Positions 60,620 to 64,000 of a stretch of DNA of 64,000 nucleotides are shown here, one piece after another (within the stretch, counting starts at the first letter, position 1; every line of letters starts with the position of its first letter). This DNA is from an uncultured Gemmatimonadaceae bacterium (GTDB lineage: Bacteria; Gemmatimonadota; Gemmatimonadetes; Gemmatimonadales; Gemmatimonadaceae), in assembly GCA_963740355.1 (NCBI GenBank), contig CAVUDW010000003.1:864001-928000 (forward strand), read 5' to 3'. The notes under the pieces are model-generated. The model worked only from the letters and a program-made list of their open reading frames with translations. It did not search any database and was not told the origin of the DNA. The translations under genes and the position numbers were made by a program.

Positions 60620-61967
60620 CTATCGCTTCGCCGGGGCCGAAGGCGTCGCAGCAACAGCGGCCGGTGCAGCCGCAGCTGCTGCGCGGGCCTGGCGCTTCAG
60701 GATCACGTGACTCAGCAGGCCGTTGGTTGGCGTCCATGTCGGCGCGACCCAGCCGTTCTGTTCGATCGGCGACTTGCCGCCGGAGGCTGGACGCAACGCG
60801 CCTTCGAATTCCGCATACCGCGAACCCGGATTCCAGAGCGCCCAGCTCTTCAGCCCTGCATCGTAGGTCGCCTGGATCTGCTGGCGCACTTCGCGCGAGC
60901 CGTATGACAGGCCGCGAATGCTCATCGCCTCGAGCCACGGACGAACTTCAGCGACCGGCTTCTTCGTCGAGTCAGCCGTGAACTTCGTGCGCAGCACCGC
61001 ATCGGTCAGCGCGACACGAATCAGGTTGTACGGCACCAGACCCGGCTTCGCAAAGCCATAGTGGCCAGCCGAGTAATGCGAAGGATAGACCATCGGCAGG
61101 ATGGCGTCGGCCGTGGTGATCACCGTCTCCCAGTGCTGGCCGATCTGGACGTCGCCTTCGTCATGCGTCACCAGGCCGAACACATCGGCCGTGATCGGCA
61201 CACCGTACGACGCCAGCTGCGCCTTCGAGTACGTCAGGAACTCGCCGATGTTGTCGCCGCGCGTCTTGCCGTTCGCACCGGGGTAGCGTCATCGTCGCGC
61301 GCATCGCGTCGGTCACGTCCGGGAAGCGCACGTAGTCCCACTGCACCTCCGAGAAGCCCTTGTCGAGCGCTTCCTTGGCGATCGCGATGTTGTAGTCCCA
61401 GACGCGATGGTCGTACGGATTCACCCATGCGCCGCCCTTCTTGTCGCGCCACAGACCACCGTTCACGTGGCGGATCGCCATGTCCGGCTTCTTCTCGGCC
61501 AGCATCCGGTCCTTGAACACCACGATGCGCGCCACGCTGTAGATGCCGTGTGCGTTCAGCGTATCGATCAGCGTCTTCAGCCACTTCGTCGCCGGACGCT
61601 GGTCGGCGCCGATCTCCTTCGCCATCGCGATCGCGGTCGAGTCGTACGACAGGAAGGTGTCGGATTCCTTCACGTCGATGATGAACGCATTGATCTCGGT
61701 CGCGTCGGCCACGCGGATCAACTCCGCCATGCGCGAATGCGAACCGGAGGCCCAGGCATTCACGTACAGGGCACGCATCGAGTCGGGTCGCGCCACCCGC
61801 TTCACGACCGCCGCCACAGGCTTGGCGCTGTCGGTGCTGGCAGTGCCCGGCGTGGCGCCGGCAGCTGGCTTGCCGTCGTCCTTGCCGCAGGCGGAGAGCA
61901 GCAACGCCGAAGCGCAGAGCGCGCGCAGCAACGGGATTCGGCTCGGGATGGACTTGGCTCGCAACAC
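60620..61967 (-). pseudogene. Putative glycoside hydrolase (DUF4015-like) lipoprotein split by a frameshift near 61286
   Basis: Lipobox LSAC, INAFIIDVK, ARIVVFKD, GFSEVQWDYVRFPD; continues in another frame with TADVFG, IGQHWE, PMVYPSHY, RPWLE. Confidence 0.75.
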
Positions 61968-62136
61968 GGATGGCTCCTGCAGGACGATGGCGTCCGGGCG
62001 ACCACGATGCGCCCGGTAACTGGTTGAGACGCGCAAGATAGCTGATCTTCTGCCCGCACTGTCTGGACGGCCCCGCCGTGCGGCGTGCACATTGACGAAG
62101 CTGTCACTCAGTCACCGAACGCTTCCGGAGCCGCAC

Positions 62137-63384
62137 ATGTCGTCAGTGACCACCCGCGCGCTGGCCATCGCGCTGCTTGCCGCCACCCCGCTGCTGGCCC
62201 AGGCGCCGCCGAAAACAACGCAGGTGATCCGGACCAGCCGCATCCTCGATGGCACCGGTCGAACGCTGACCAACATGGACATCGTCGTGGTCAACGGCAG
62301 CATCTCCGCCATCCGTCCGGCCAGCGGGCCACTGCCACCCAACGGCGTCGACCTCCGCCAGCGCACCGTCCTCCCTGGCCTGATCGACACGCACGTGCAC
62401 ATGGGCTGGTATGTGAACGACGAGAATCGGTTGCACACCGACAGCGACGGCGACACGCAGGGCGAACAGGCGTTGCACCAGGCGGGCAATGCCTGGGCGA
62501 CGCTGCGGGCCGGCTTCACCACCGTGCAGAGCATCGGCGAAGCGGATAACGATGTGCTTCGCAACGCGATCGCCTTGGGGCTGATCCCGGGTCCGCGGCT
62601 GCTCACATCACTCGGGTCGCTCAACGAACGCACCGGTGGCGGCAGCCCCGATTCTCTCCGCGCTGCCGTCCGTCGCTTCAAGGCAGCCGGCGCCGATGTG
62701 ATCAAGATCTTTGCCTCGAAGTCCATCCGCGATGGCGGCGAGGCGACGATGACTGACGAACAGCTGACCGCCGCCTGCGGCGAATCCACAACGCTTGGTC
62801 TTCGCTCTGTCGTGCACGCGCATTCCGCTGAAGCCGTGCAGCGCGCCGCACGCAACGGCTGCACCCAGGTCGAGCATGGTGTGTTCGCCGACGATGCCAC
62901 ACGGACACTGATGGTCAAGAACGGCACGTTCTTCGATCCACAGTGCGGGCTGGTCTTCCACAACTATCTCGACAACAAGGTGCGCTTCGAGGGCATCGGC
63001 AACTACAACGCGGTCGGCTTCGCGTCGATGGAGAAGGCGCTGCCGCTGGCCGAAGCCGGCATTGGGGCCGCCAGCCGTACCGCCGGGCTGAAACTCGTGT
63101 TCGGCACCGACGCGGTGGCCGGTGCGCATGGTCGCAATGCCGAGGAACTCGTATGTCGAGTGCGCCGCGGTGGGCAGCCCGCGATGGACGCGATCGTATC
63201 GGCGACGTCGCGCGCGGCCGAATCGCTTCGACTCGAGAAGCAGATCGGTCGCATCGCCGTGGGCTTCAACGCGGACATCATCGCCACTGATGGCAACCCG
63301 CTCACTGAAATCGAGGCCACGCAGCGCGTCGTCTTCGTGATGCGGAACGGCACGATTTACCGCAACGACGCCGCACCGCGCTGA
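62137..63384 (+). CDS. Secreted amidohydrolase family protein (Xaa-Pro dipeptidase-like)
   Basis: Signal peptide, PGLIDTHVH, GADVIKIFAS, HAH, VEHG, FGTDA, GRIAVGFNADII. Confidence 0.88.
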   Translation: MSSVTTRALAIALLAATPLLAQAPPKTTQVIRTSRILDGTGRTLTNMDIVVVNGSISAIRPASGPLPPNGVDLRQRTVLPGLIDTHVHMGWYVNDENRLHTDSDGDTQGEQALHQAGNAWATLRAGFTTVQSIGEADNDVLRNAIALGLIPGPRLLTSLGSLNERTGGGSPDSLRAAVRRFKAAGADVIKIFASKSIRDGGEATMTDEQLTAACGESTTLGLRSVVHAHSAEAVQRAARNGCTQVEHGVFADDATRTLMVKNGTFFDPQCGLVFHNYLDNKVRFEGIGNYNAVGFASMEKALPLAEAGIGAASRTAGLKLVFGTDAVAGAHGRNAEELVCRVRRGGQPAMDAIVSATSRAAESLRLEKQIGRIAVGFNADIIATDGNPLTEIEATQRVVFVMRNGTIYRNDAAPR

Positions 63385-63398
63385 CTGAACGCCGGACG

Positions 63399-63442
63399 AA
63401 CGAACGCGGCCGCCGAGATACTCTCGGCGGCCGCGTTCGTTT
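63399..63442. terminator. Likely bidirectional terminator
   Basis: 20-bp perfect stem AACGAACGCGGCCGCCGAGA/TCTCGGCGGCCGCGTTCGTT between convergent genes. Confidence 0.75.
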
Positions 63443-63462
63443 ACCAGCACTGATATTTCACA

Positions 63463-63633
63463 TCACGGCGAATCTTTCTGCCGGGTCTTGGCGACACCGC
63501 TGAGGATGCCAATGCCGAGCATGATCACACAGGCGATGATGATGTAGAGCGATGGCACACCAGCCACCGAGAGGCCCCATGCCACGCCGCCGATCACCAG
63601 CGCGAAGCCAAAGAGATATATCCCGAACGACAT
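63463..63633 (-). CDS. 56-aa two-TM membrane protein
   Basis: Not in the ORF track: MSFGIYLFGFALVIGGVAWGLSVAGVPSLYIIIACVIMLGIGILSGVAKTRQKDSP. Confidence 0.7.
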   Translation of the reverse strand: MSFGIYLFGFALVIGGVAWGLSVAGVPSLYIIIACVIMLGIGILSGVAKTRQKDSP

Positions 63634-63852
63634 TGTGAGTATTCCGAGTCAGGGGGGAGCGGTACGACACGCCGGTAAGGAGGTGCGTCAAGGCGCCAGC
63701 GATCGTGCACGTGGCGTCAGCTCGTGCACGCCACTCCAGCCTCGAACCTGCAAGGTACGTGCGCGCCGCTTGTGCAGATGCGACTCCCGTATCACAATGC
63801 CCAGTGACGCGGACTCATCCGATCCGCAGGTCGTCACTTCCGGGAGGCGCTC

Positions 63853-64000
63853 GTGTCGCTCCGCTCCATCGCTCTTGCCACTCTGGCGCTCTCCACTGCG
63901 CTTGGCGCGCAACAACCAGCCACTGCACGCGGCGGTCGTCCGGCCGAGCGGCCACTGCCGCTCGACGCGGCACGCAGCTTCACGCTCGACACGCGTGAAG
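63853..64000 (+). CDS. N-terminus of a secreted protein, truncated by the window edge
   Basis: GGAGG RBS, GTG start, signal peptide MSLRSIALATLALSTALGA-QQ...PLPLDAARSFTLDTRE. Confidence 0.6.
   Translation, partial: MSLRSIALATLALSTALGAQQPATARGGRPAERPLPLDAARSFTLDTRE

Overview
High-GC bacterial chromosomal window; the gene mix suggests Gemmatimonadota (inference only). No rRNA, tRNA, transposase or CRISPR-Cas was seen. In order it holds two VPS10/BNR-repeat secreted proteins, a PEP-utilising phosphotransferase, a patatin, a hybrid kinase, a TetR-controlled RND pump, an ECF sigma/anti-sigma pair, a NadR-like enzyme, an HD-GYP protein and thrA-thrC-thrB. A ~17 kb general-stress cluster follows (DUF1990 pair, DUF1328, CsbD, two-component system, GSP26-like, YciF, otsA/otsB, glyoxalase). 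The rest holds an S1/P1 nuclease, a TonB receptor, DsbD, a Rieske oxygenase, sahR-ahcY, a frameshifted DUF4015 lipoprotein and an amidohydrolase. The main candidate novelty lies in the stress cluster: four intergenic copies of a putative ~100-185 nt structured ncRNA (hairpin, CCTTKWCG box, hairpin, AGWYGRAGGC box, intrinsic terminator), each behind a sigma-54-like promoter. The same cluster has a ligand-less YciF paralog ahead of the two-component system and a trehalose-6-phosphate synthase fused to a membrane sensor-like module. All calls were made by eye; no database search was run.
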